Below, one piece after another: positions 10,179 to 19,054 of a stretch of DNA of 64,000 nt; position 1 is the stretch's first letter, and every line of letters starts with the position of its first letter. The stretch lies in the NCBI GenBank assembly GCA_043821645.1, contig JBDRCO010000051.1:64001-128000 (forward strand), given 5' to 3'. Below the pieces are notes generated by a model, which ran no database searches, was not told where the DNA came from, and worked only from the letters and a program-made list of their open reading frames with translations. Position numbers and translations under genes: made by a program. Origin of the DNA: Pseudomonadota bacterium (GTDB lineage: Bacteria > Myxococcota > JACRCW01 > JAFGSX01).

Positions 10179-10192
10179 TGCTAGCGCTGCAA
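10179..10192. promoter_or_regulatory. Candidate LacI-family operator (TGCTAGCGCTGCAA)
   Basis: Near-palindrome centred on GCGC in the divergent intergenic region upstream of the GH13 operon; resembles site at 15979-15992. Confidence 0.35.
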
Positions 10193-10287
10193 ACGAGCGC
10201 CACGCACAGCCGTGCGTCACACACCGTCCCGCGCTCGACGTCGATCCTGGGGAGACCCCGTCGACGGCAATACACAAAGGAGATGAC

Positions 10288-12051
10288 ATGCGTGCGACGT
10301 ATCTGTGGCTCCCGTGCATTCTTGCGCCCGCGCTCCTGGGCTGCCCCGAGGATCCCCCACCCCAGAACGACACGGGGTGGTGCGGCGTGGCCCAGGCCGA
10401 GCGTCCGGCCTGCGAGGGCACGCTGCCCACGCGCTTTGACGCCTCGAGCACCGTCGACAAGGGCTGCTATGTCGCAACGCAGACGCCCCGGCTCGGCAAC
10501 GGGGTGACCCTGACCCTGGCGCCTGGTGTCACCATCCTGTTCGCCAGTGGCACGGGCCTGGATATCTCGGCGGACCAGGTCCTCATCGCCGCTGGCAGCG
10601 TCGACGAACCCATCTGCCTGTCCGGTCAGGCCTCGACCCGCGGCGCCTGGGACGGCCTGCGCTTCGACGGCACCAGCAGCCCTAGCCAGCTCGATCACGT
10701 CACCGTGGAGTACGGTGGCGACACCCAGTCCGACGCCGACGCCGCGGGCATCAAGGCCACAGCCGACAGCCGAGGCGTGCGCCTGACCATGACCCACACC
10801 ACCGTCGCGCAGAGCCAGGGCTGGGGTCTGTTCCTCACCGGCAGCGCCGTCATCGATGGCTTCGCTGCCAACACCTTGACCGGCAATGCCCTGGGCCCGG
10901 CCAGCGTGGACGGCGAGGTGGTGGGCGATCTGGACACAGCAAGCAGCTACACCGGCAATGATGTGGACCAGCTGCGGGTACGCGCCTATCGCCTGTCGAC
11001 CGCGGCCACCTGGGCGGACCTGGGCGTGCCCTACTTCCTGGAGACCTCGCTGCGCGTCGAGACCGTCGACTGGACCATCGCCCCGGGCGTCACCCTGATC
11101 ATGGGGAGTGGCACCGCACTCAACATCGATTCCAATGCGGCCGCCCTGATCGCCATCGGCACGGCCGAGGCGCCCATCCTGTTCACAGGCGAGACGGCCA
11201 CACGCGGTGCCTGGGAGGGCCTCGTCTTCGACGGCTCCAACAACACCCGCAACGCGCTGTCCCACGTGATTGTCGAGTGGGCCGGCAACACCGACTCGGA
11301 CGCGGACTCGGCCGCGGTGAAGCTGATGGCCGATAGCCGGGGTGTGCAGGTGGCCATCTCCCACACCACGGTGCGGCAGAGCCAGGGCTGGGGCCTGTAC
11401 CTGACGGGCAGCGCGGTGCTGCCAGGCTTCGAGGACAACGTGCTCACCGAGAACGCGCTCGGACCCGTCAAGTCCGGAAGCACGGCGGTGCAGCAGCTGC
11501 TGCCGGCGTCGACCTACACTGGCAACGACGTCGATCGCGTGCAGGTGCACACCGACTACGTGGCGTCGGGCTCGACCTGGCTAGATCTCGGCGTGCCCTA
11601 TGCCCTGGACGGTGTGCTCTCGATCAGTGTGCCCTGGATCCTGGATCCCGGCGTCACGCTGATCATGCAGGCCGTGACCGGCCGCATCGAGGTCAACGGA
11701 GCCAGCGCGTCCCTGCACGCCGAGGGCACCGCCGAGAAGCCCATCGTCTTCACCGCCGAGGACGCGACCCCGGGCGCGTGGCAGGGCCTGACCTTCGACA
11801 CCACCGAGGGGCAAAGCAATGTGCTCGACCACGTCACCGTCGAGTACGCGGGCTCGGCGCCGGTGCAGTACCCGGGCGCGGTCTTCCTGACCTCGGACAG
11901 CCGCCCCATCCACATCTCGCTCACCAACAGCACCATCCGCCACAACGCGGCCTACGGCGTGTGGCTGTGCGGCAGCGCCGTGGCCAACAGCGACATCGAG
12001 TCCAGCAACAGCTTCGACGACAACACCCTGGGCGACTACCTGCACGACTAG
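10288..12051 (+). CDS. Lipoprotein with three internal repeats, probable right-handed beta-helix
   Basis: Start re-called at ATG 10288 after AAAGGAG; lipobox LLGC; repeats GAWDGLRFD/GAWEGLVFD/GAWQGLTFD, LDHVTVEYGG/LSHVIVEWAG/LDHVTVEYAG, ADSRGV/SDSRPI. Confidence 0.85.
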   Translation: MRATYLWLPCILAPALLGCPEDPPPQNDTGWCGVAQAERPACEGTLPTRFDASSTVDKGCYVATQTPRLGNGVTLTLAPGVTILFASGTGLDISADQVLIAAGSVDEPICLSGQASTRGAWDGLRFDGTSSPSQLDHVTVEYGGDTQSDADAAGIKATADSRGVRLTMTHTTVAQSQGWGLFLTGSAVIDGFAANTLTGNALGPASVDGEVVGDLDTASSYTGNDVDQLRVRAYRLSTAATWADLGVPYFLETSLRVETVDWTIAPGVTLIMGSGTALNIDSNAAALIAIGTAEAPILFTGETATRGAWEGLVFDGSNNTRNALSHVIVEWAGNTDSDADSAAVKLMADSRGVQVAISHTTVRQSQGWGLYLTGSAVLPGFEDNVLTENALGPVKSGSTAVQQLLPASTYTGNDVDRVQVHTDYVASGSTWLDLGVPYALDGVLSISVPWILDPGVTLIMQAVTGRIEVNGASASLHAEGTAEKPIVFTAEDATPGAWQGLTFDTTEGQSNVLDHVTVEYAGSAPVQYPGAVFLTSDSRPIHISLTNSTIRHNAAYGVWLCGSAVANSDIESSNSFDDNTLGDYLHD

Positions 12052-12298
12052 TCCACGGCGTCCTCGACGCTCCCTCGACCCCTCCCTCGGCACGACCTGG
12101 CCAGGCTGCGGCCGACCTGTGATCCCCATCGCAGATGTGAAGCGGGCCCCCGGCGCCGTGCACACTCGTGCACGTTCTTTACACCGTGATCAATGAGCAT
12201 CTCGTTTGATTCCGCATAGTTACATCCGGCACGCCAGCTGCATTTCCAGCTCTCGTCCCACACACCCGAGCACGGGCCGAGTCACAAAGGGGTGCCAC

Positions 12299-13174
12299 AT
12301 GAAACCGACCGCGACCCAGACCATGGCCCTCATCGCGATGCTGCTGGGGCTGCTGACCAGCGCGTGCCCCTCGGCCGCCATCCACCGCACGGCGCGGACC
12401 CTCGATCCGGGTCAGTCGGAGCTGAGCGCGACCGCCAACGTCGGCTTCACCCGCATTGCCTCGCCGGCCAGCAACGGCACGCTCAGCACCACCTCCTCCT
12501 TGGTGCTGCCGGGCGTGGTGCCGGTGCTCAGCTATCACATGGGCGTCATCGACGGCGTCGAAATGGGCGCCAACATCTCGCCCCTGACCCTGAGCCTGGG
12601 CCTGGACACCAAGGTGCGGGTGGCGCGGCTGCTCGACAACCACCTGCTGCTGGCGGTGCAGCCCGGCGTCGACCTGCAAGGCCTGGTGATGGCCTGGGGC
12701 GCGTCCGGCACCCTGCCCTTCATCGCGACCTACGAACTCAACGACATGGTGTCCTTCACCGGCTACGGCTACCTCAAGGCCGGCACGCTGGCGGTCATCG
12801 GCACGGGCTCCGACGCCATGATGAACTCGGTGGGCGGCGGCGTCGGCAGCGGCATCGAGCTCAGGGGCGACAGCTTCTTCGTCATGCCCCTGGTCGAGAT
12901 CAACACCACGGCGAGCTTCACCGGCAACAGCTTCAACCAGTACATGCGCAGCGATGTGCTGCAGGTCGGCATCAGCATCGGCTACCACGGCGACCTGCTG
13001 CGCATCATGAACCGCAAGCTCGACACCATCGACGCCAAGGTGGACCACCTCGAGCACAAGGTCGACGACCGCTTTGACCGCATCGACCGCACCCTTGACG
13101 GCCTGGGCGCCAGCGACGGCGCGGCCAGCTCGGCGCCGGCCAGCCAACCCGTGGTTGACGGACCACGCCTCTAG
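12299..13174 (+). CDS. Hypothetical lipoprotein, probable small beta-barrel with C-terminal coiled coil
   Basis: ATG 12299 after AAAGGGG; lipobox-like LTSAC; TARTL..GQ start, alternating beta-strand pattern; heptad tail LDTIDAKVDHLEHKVDDRFDRIDRTL. Confidence 0.75.
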   Translation: MKPTATQTMALIAMLLGLLTSACPSAAIHRTARTLDPGQSELSATANVGFTRIASPASNGTLSTTSSLVLPGVVPVLSYHMGVIDGVEMGANISPLTLSLGLDTKVRVARLLDNHLLLAVQPGVDLQGLVMAWGASGTLPFIATYELNDMVSFTGYGYLKAGTLAVIGTGSDAMMNSVGGGVGSGIELRGDSFFVMPLVEINTTASFTGNSFNQYMRSDVLQVGISIGYHGDLLRIMNRKLDTIDAKVDHLEHKVDDRFDRIDRTLDGLGASDGAASSAPASQPVVDGPRL

Positions 13175-13417
13175 CCGCCCCAGCCCTGCGCCCCCCGGGC
13201 TCCCACCACCGCTCTGCGCTCCTGGCCCCGCCGCAGCCCGTTCCAGCGACGGCCGCCCGGCCACCTGTTCGAGTTCGAGTCCCGCTCGCGGTGTCGCCCG
13301 ATGGCCGGGAGGCAAACGGAGCTCTCGGCGGAGCTCCACCCGCGGCCCCCGGCGCCCAAGAACGCGGTCCTGCGGGAGTGCCGGGCGCACGGGTGGATGG
13401 CCGGGTGCCGGGGTCGT

Positions 13418-14638
13418 TCAGAAGGCGAAGTCGAGACGCAGCGTTCCCGTGCCGACCGAGAGGTCGTCGGTCTGAACGCCGCGCGCAAACTGATACGCGT
13501 GCGAGTACTCGGCGTGCACGCACAGTTGATCCAGCACGTAGTAGCGCGCGCCCAGGGTGCCTCGCGCCAGATCGCCCTGCATCTGCTGCCCTGGTGCGTA
13601 GACGCCGTCGATGCGGGCGAAAGCGACCAGGTCGGTGCGCGGCAGATAGGACAGCTCGGCAAAGCCGCTGTGGCTCAGCACGTCGTCAGGCGCGCGGACA
13701 TACAGCACATTGGGATCGCGCCACAGATCGCTGTGGTCCCAGCCGATCAGATACTGCAGCGCCAGGTTGAGGTGCCAGAGGTTGAGGCTGAGGTCGGCGC
13801 CACCGCGCGCATAGCCGGCGCGGCGGGTCATGGACGCATCCTGTGAGCGCGCGTTGCCGAAGTAGCCGACGAGGCCGATGCGCTGCCCTGCGGTCTGCCC
13901 CTCGCCAGGACCGATGGTCTCGGCGACGCGCAGGTAGAAGTCCAGGGGCGGGTCGCGCAGCAGGTTGGACGACGAGCCGTTGACCCAGCCCGCGGCGTAG
14001 CTCAACCCCCAGGCGCCGTGGCCGCTGACCTCGACGCCGGTCTGGGTGGCGCTGAGCGGCGCGCCCCCCGGGAACACGAACTCGTAGCTGTCATAGGGGA
14101 CCGCGCTGAGCTGCCGCTTGGCGCTGAAGGCGACGTAGGCGGGCTCGAAGCGACCCACGCGCACGTTGAGCCAGGGCGTGAACAGGTTCGAGAACACCAC
14201 GCTGGCCATTTCGATGGTGCCGCCGACCTGCGGCACGCCCTCGGTGAACTCGACGCTGGGCACGAAGATCATCATGTAGCCGATGTTGCGCGCGAGCAGC
14301 CCCGCGGACAGCAGGTCGAGGCCATTCACCTGGAACTGCGCCACCTCGGGCTGCACGTCCGGAAAAGTCAGCTGGTCGACGTTGAGACCTGCGCTGGTAC
14401 GCGCCGCAAAGGGTGGTGGGCTCTCGAGCACGTTGCGCTCGTCCTGCTCGCGGCCCGGTAGCTGGTAGCCATTGGCGCGGTACCGCTGCCCGAAGTCGTT
14501 GAGGCGCGGATAGTTGGAGTGGCACATGGTGCAGTTGACGCCGTACTTGCGCGCAAAGACGGGCACCGCGCTGGCCGGGGCCGGGGCAAGCAGACTGACC
14601 AGGAGCACGCCACCAGCGACGACGATGATGCGCTTCAC
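13418..14638 (-). CDS. Cyc2-like monoheme cytochrome c - porin fusion (outer membrane)
   Basis: Start re-called at GTG 14638 (GTGA overlap with upstream stop); signal peptide ending ASA; VPVFARKYGVNCTMCHSNYPRLNDFGQRYRANGY matches the Cyc2 N-terminal signature; beta-barrel remainder ending in LDFAF. Confidence 0.85.
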   Translation of the reverse strand: MKRIIVVAGGVLLVSLLAPAPASAVPVFARKYGVNCTMCHSNYPRLNDFGQRYRANGYQLPGREQDERNVLESPPPFAARTSAGLNVDQLTFPDVQPEVAQFQVNGLDLLSAGLLARNIGYMMIFVPSVEFTEGVPQVGGTIEMASVVFSNLFTPWLNVRVGRFEPAYVAFSAKRQLSAVPYDSYEFVFPGGAPLSATQTGVEVSGHGAWGLSYAAGWVNGSSSNLLRDPPLDFYLRVAETIGPGEGQTAGQRIGLVGYFGNARSQDASMTRRAGYARGGADLSLNLWHLNLALQYLIGWDHSDLWRDPNVLYVRAPDDVLSHSGFAELSYLPRTDLVAFARIDGVYAPGQQMQGDLARGTLGARYYVLDQLCVHAEYSHAYQFARGVQTDDLSVGTGTLRLDFAF

Positions 14639-15765
14639 TGGGCACCTCCCATCTGGTCGGCCGTGGCCGCGGCGGTGGGTGCCACCACGTCGTGAATGCC
14701 GGGCACCCCGAACGGCACATCGACGCTGGCAGGATCCGGTGCCGGCGAGCCGTCGGCGTTGGGCGGCAGGGCCGGGAACGGCGTCTCGGGCACGGGTCCG
14801 GTCAGCGCCTCGAGAAACGCGACCAGGTCCTCCTTCTCGCCCTGGGTCAGGGCGAGCGGCAGCATGAGCGGGTCCAGGTTGTCGTTGGCGATGCCGCCGC
14901 GATCGTAGAACTCGACGACGTCGAGCAGCGTCTTCTCCTGCCCGGTGTGCAGGTAGGGCGCTGTCTGTGCGATGTTGCGCAGGTGCGGTGTCTTGAACTT
15001 GCCGCGGTCGGCCGGGTCCTTGGTCACCTCCTCGCGCCCGATGTCGGGCTCGGCGCCATCCTGGCCAACGCCCAGGTTGTGAAAGCCCTGGTCCGAGAAC
15101 ATGGGGCCGCTGTGACAGGGCGTGCAGTGTGCCTTGCCATTGAAGAGCTCGAGGCCACGCCGGGCGGCCGGGCTCAGCGCATCCCGCTCGCCGGTCAGGT
15201 ACCGATCGAAGGGGCTGGGCCCGGACACGATGCTGCGCTCGAAGGCGGCGATGGCCTTGGCGATGCCGGGGGCGGTGACGCCGGTTCCATACACGGTCTG
15301 GAACTGCTCCTGGTAGCCGGGGATGGCCTCGAGCTTGGCGATCACGGCGTCCAGGGTCTCGCCCATCTCGATGGGGTTGGCGATGGGTCCCAGGGCCTGC
15401 TCCTCGAGGGAGCCGACGCGGCCATCCCAGAACTGAAAGCGCATGTAGCCCGAGTCGATGACCGTGCCCGAGTTGCGCCCGCCGACCTGGCCCTTGACCC
15501 CGGTGTCGGTGGCGTGCGGGTTGGCCCAGCCGGTCGCCGGCCCGTGGCACGAGGCGCAGCTGATGGTGTCGTCGATGGACAGCCTCTTGTCGAAGTACAG
15601 CTGCCCGCCGAGACGGATCTTGGCGTCGGTCTGCGGGTTGTCCGCCGGGACCGGCATTGCAGGCTTGACGGTGTTTGCCAGCAGGGGAGCCCTGGCATGT
15701 GAGAGAGAGCCCTGGGCAAAAAACACAGTGCCTGCGACGAGAGCGACGAGGAAATGTCGGCGCAT
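14635..15765 (-). CDS. Diheme cytochrome c peroxidase/MauG-family protein (MauG-like)
   Basis: ATG 15765 after GGGGAG; signal peptide; CASCH (15544-15558), CTPCH (15112-15126), QFWDGR, NPIEM, FKTPHLRNIAQTAPYLHTG, VVEFY. Confidence 0.92.
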   Translation of the reverse strand: MRRHFLVALVAGTVFFAQGSLSHARAPLLANTVKPAMPVPADNPQTDAKIRLGGQLYFDKRLSIDDTISCASCHGPATGWANPHATDTGVKGQVGGRNSGTVIDSGYMRFQFWDGRVGSLEEQALGPIANPIEMGETLDAVIAKLEAIPGYQEQFQTVYGTGVTAPGIAKAIAAFERSIVSGPSPFDRYLTGERDALSPAARRGLELFNGKAHCTPCHSGPMFSDQGFHNLGVGQDGAEPDIGREEVTKDPADRGKFKTPHLRNIAQTAPYLHTGQEKTLLDVVEFYDRGGIANDNLDPLMLPLALTQGEKEDLVAFLEALTGPVPETPFPALPPNADGSPAPDPASVDVPFGVPGIHDVVAPTAAATADQMGGAQ

Positions 15766-15978
15766 GGAGACTCCCCTTGTGTTCTTGGTGCGGCATTGGA
15801 GCGCACCGCCGGCGCCCGCGCAAGGAGCGATATGGATCCCTGGCCCTTGCTGATTGTTTGCAGCCTGTTTCGGGGGCGGAAGCGTCGCTTGAGCCGGTGA
15901 TGATCCCGACCTGAACAATAAATTTGAATATTTTCAGGGCTTCCGCGTCGGCTCTCAGAATTGAGTCACGTTTTTGCT

Positions 15979-16015
15979 GGCAAGCGTTGACACGGCCAGT
16001 GCGGCCACCTAGAAA
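15979..16015 (+). promoter_or_regulatory. Sigma70-type promoter (TTGACA-N17-TAGAAA) overlapped by a LacI-like operator GGCAAGCGTTGACA
   Basis: Perfect -35 at 15987-15992, 17-nt spacer, -10 at 16010-16015, 30 nt upstream of the DOMON gene; AT-rich upstream region. Confidence 0.55.
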
Positions 16016-16044
16016 CAGCCAGCCCTTCACAACAGGAGAGTCTC

Positions 16045-16872
16045 ATGAGCGCCAGGTCAATCGGAATCGTGGCAGCGAGCGCCCTGCTACCCTGCCTGCT
16101 GCTGGCCAAGGGCCTCGAGTTCAAGGACCCCACGGGCGACGACAAGGGGCCCGGAACCTACACCTACCCGACCGACGCGGCCTACGAGAAGGGCTGCTTC
16201 GACCTGACCCTGGTGGCCATCGACGCCAAGGGCAAGGACGTCGAGATCACGGTCGAGTTCGCCAAGAAGGTCAGCGACCCCTGGGACTCGGCCAAGTGGC
16301 AGCCCGCGGGCAACGGCTTCAGCGTGCAGATGGTGCAGGTCTACATCGACACCGACCACAAGGCGGGGTCTGGCTTCACCGACAGCCTGCCCGGCATGAA
16401 CGCGAAGTTCGCCGCCGACCAGGCCTGGGACAAGGTCGTGATCATCAGCCCCCAGCCCAGCAGCCGGGTGAGCCAGGAGGTCGATCAGAAGGCAGCGTCG
16501 TTCAAGAAGGGCGTGGTCATCCCGCGCAAGGTCACCGTGCGCGGCAAGAGCATCATCGCGGTGGTGGATGCCAAGGAGCTGGGCAGCCCAGACGCCAAGT
16601 GGGGCGTGCAGGCCCTGGTCGGCTCCAACGAGGGCTACCCCGCGGCCACCGACCTGCTGTCGCGCAAGGTCAACGAGTTCGAGGGCCCGCACCGCTTCGG
16701 CGGCGGCTGCGACTTCGATGGCGACCCCCACTTCGTGGACTGCCTGGCGGGCTCGGCCAAGGGCGACAAGGCCGAGATCGAGGCCCAGTACAGCGCCCTC
16801 AAGGCCCACAGCTGCAGCGACAAGCCCGCGGCCGAGAAGCGCGCCGTGGTGCCCATGATCTACGGGAAATGA
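16045..16872 (+). CDS. Exported glucodextranase DOMON-like domain protein
   Basis: RBS CAGGAG; signal peptide; FKDPTGDDKGPGTYTYPTD..FDL, GFSVQMVQVYIDTD, LPGMN..F..AWD motifs typical of the glucodextranase/amylopullulanase C-terminal DOMON-like domain. Confidence 0.85.
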   Translation: MSARSIGIVAASALLPCLLLAKGLEFKDPTGDDKGPGTYTYPTDAAYEKGCFDLTLVAIDAKGKDVEITVEFAKKVSDPWDSAKWQPAGNGFSVQMVQVYIDTDHKAGSGFTDSLPGMNAKFAADQAWDKVVIISPQPSSRVSQEVDQKAASFKKGVVIPRKVTVRGKSIIAVVDAKELGSPDAKWGVQALVGSNEGYPAATDLLSRKVNEFEGPHRFGGGCDFDGDPHFVDCLAGSAKGDKAEIEAQYSALKAHSCSDKPAAEKRAVVPMIYGK

Positions 16873-16873
16873 C

Positions 16874-18976
16874 GTGCAGCACCTGCGCATTGCGCTGGTC
16901 GCGGCCCTGCTGGTCGCGCCCGCGCTGAGCCTCGCCCAGCAGCCGCCCCCCAGTGCCGAGGACGAGGCCAGTGATCGTCGAGCCGAGCCCGAGACCACCG
17001 GACGTGACGACGAGAACTCGCCCGAGGACAAGGTCCCCAGCGCGGGAGAAATGGCCGCGGAGCTGCCGGCGCTGACCGAGGCCCAGCGCGCCGCCATCGA
17101 GGCCATCGTCGACGAGCGCCTGCGCGCCCTGCCCGCCCCCCAGATCCCGGAGATGAAGCTCGAGATCCGGGGCGACACCTACACCAAGCTCATGTTTCGC
17201 AACAACCAGAGCAATGGCTGCGTGACCTGGGGCAACCCGCACCCGCTGGGCGACAACTTCTCGGGCGAGAACGGCATGTGCTCCGAGCTGGGGCTCACGG
17301 TCATCGGCCACGTCAGCCAGCTGGTCGAGGTGCAGGCCCGGCTACAGACCCGCTACGGCCAGGAGTGGGCGGACTTCTACGAGAACGGCGACCGCCGCAT
17401 CCGCCTGGACACCACCGGCGAGAGCCTGGGCCAGAACCACGGCGCCTACCTGCAGCTGCGCGGTGTGTACGTGCGCCTGAGCCCGCCCATCCCGACGCTG
17501 CGCTACATCCACCTGGGCTCGTCGGACCTGTCGCAGTTCAACGCCTTCACCATAGGCAAGATCCGCTACATCGATCGCTTCAACGCCAACGGCGTATTTG
17601 TCAACGGCGACCTGTGGGGCGTGGCGGGCTACGAGCTGGCGCGCATCGCCTTGCCCAAGCTCTTTGCCTCGGCCAACTACAACACGGGCATCGACGACCC
17701 CCTGGTCGAGAACCCCTTCTGGACCCGCGATGCGGCCTACGCCTTCAAGCTCACAGGCTCGCCCTTCGACGTGGTGGATCTCAAGAGCATCACCAGCGTG
17801 CTCCTCGACGAGGAGGCCGACACCGACGACCCGGATGCCCTGGGCTCGACCAACCCCATCGACCCCCGGGACGGCGTGGTGCAGACCAACTTTCGCTACC
17901 TCAATGCCAACAGCACCGTCGAGGCCGAGGCGTATCCTTTGCGCTGGTGGAACGTGAAGGCCCTGGCCGGCGTCAGCTACTCGCGGCCCGACAGCCGCAC
18001 CACCTTCAATGCGGTGAGCGGCAACCAGGGCATCGCGCCGGTGCCCATGAAGGAGCTGTGGGGTTACGCCATCACCGCACGCACCGAGCTGTATGATCCC
18101 CTGGACATCGGCCTCGACCTCAAGCTCGAGTACTTCAACATCGGTGCCGACTGGGTGGCGACCTTTGGCGCGCGGCGTGAAACCGACGTGCTGCTCACCG
18201 ACGGCTTCGTCGACGGACAGCTGGTCACCCTCAACGTGGCCAACGAGTTCATGGACTTCACCGACCCCTACTACGAGACGGTGATCGGCTGGCACGGTGC
18301 CACCGCCCTGCTCGAGTGGTCCTGGGACGATCTCAAGACCGGGCTCGAGGGCACCTTCATCGAGTACAACACCGATGCCCAGAACCGCGACGTCGACACC
18401 GTGTATCCGGACTTCCTGTTCACCGACGGCATGACCGACGTGGACCACTACACCTACGCCAACACCAACGACCGCGGACGCGACCCGCGCAGCGTGTATC
18501 ACCGCAATCAGGCGCGTCGCACCGTGATCAGCATGGCGCGCGCGGCCTATTCCCTGAACCTGCTCGAGGGCGTGGAGTTCGGGCTCAAGGGCAAGTACAT
18601 CTGGGACAACGATCAGCGCGACCAGGACCTGGCACCGGATCCCTCGGCCGACGACTACACCGGCCACCTGATGAGCGCGCAGCTGCAGGTCAAGGGCGGC
18701 CTCACCGAGCACCTGGCCCTGGCCCTGGGCTACCAGCTCGACTTCTGGCTCGAGGACAGGCGCTCGGGCGACGTCATTGCCGGCGTGGCCGACTACGCCG
18801 ACTACACGACGTTCAAGAACAAGGCCTGGGTGCAGCTGTACTACGTGTTCGAGGGCCTCAACTTCGCCTACCGCATCGAGTACCTCGACAAGAATGTCAC
18901 CACCAGCAAGCCCGAGCTGGACTACCACCTGCGCAACATCATCCGCTCGGTGGGCAGCGTGTCGGTGGCGTTCTAG
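16874..18976 (+). CDS. Outer-membrane beta-barrel protein, putative oligosaccharide porin
   Basis: GTG start 1 nt after DOMON stop; signal peptide, short coiled segment, aromatic/amphipathic strands, terminal Phe (GSVSVAF); no TonB-plug motif recognised. Confidence 0.75.
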   Translation: MQHLRIALVAALLVAPALSLAQQPPPSAEDEASDRRAEPETTGRDDENSPEDKVPSAGEMAAELPALTEAQRAAIEAIVDERLRALPAPQIPEMKLEIRGDTYTKLMFRNNQSNGCVTWGNPHPLGDNFSGENGMCSELGLTVIGHVSQLVEVQARLQTRYGQEWADFYENGDRRIRLDTTGESLGQNHGAYLQLRGVYVRLSPPIPTLRYIHLGSSDLSQFNAFTIGKIRYIDRFNANGVFVNGDLWGVAGYELARIALPKLFASANYNTGIDDPLVENPFWTRDAAYAFKLTGSPFDVVDLKSITSVLLDEEADTDDPDALGSTNPIDPRDGVVQTNFRYLNANSTVEAEAYPLRWWNVKALAGVSYSRPDSRTTFNAVSGNQGIAPVPMKELWGYAITARTELYDPLDIGLDLKLEYFNIGADWVATFGARRETDVLLTDGFVDGQLVTLNVANEFMDFTDPYYETVIGWHGATALLEWSWDDLKTGLEGTFIEYNTDAQNRDVDTVYPDFLFTDGMTDVDHYTYANTNDRGRDPRSVYHRNQARRTVISMARAAYSLNLLEGVEFGLKGKYIWDNDQRDQDLAPDPSADDYTGHLMSAQLQVKGGLTEHLALALGYQLDFWLEDRRSGDVIAGVADYADYTTFKNKAWVQLYYVFEGLNFAYRIEYLDKNVTTSKPELDYHLRNIIRSVGSVSVAF

Positions 18977-19054
18977 TTTCTTGTTTCGGAGAATCCAGCG
19001 CTGGGCGATCCTGCCTGCTCACCACACACGCGGATTCTCCCCGCGAGGTTGTGC

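Noticed and set aside
9499-10287. N-terminal extension of the 850 aa ORF
   Set aside because: Overlaps the divergent gene; RBS and lipoprotein signal place the start at 10288.
10200-15950. Mobile element or genomic island call for the block between the glucan genes
   Set aside because: No integrase, transposase, tRNA or flanking direct repeats seen, and composition looks like the rest; kept only as a synteny hypothesis.
14639-16030. 870 aa version of the cytochrome-porin ORF
   Set aside because: The upstream part is an alternative frame over the peroxidase gene; signal peptide and GTGA coupling give a start at 14638. Not a fusion.
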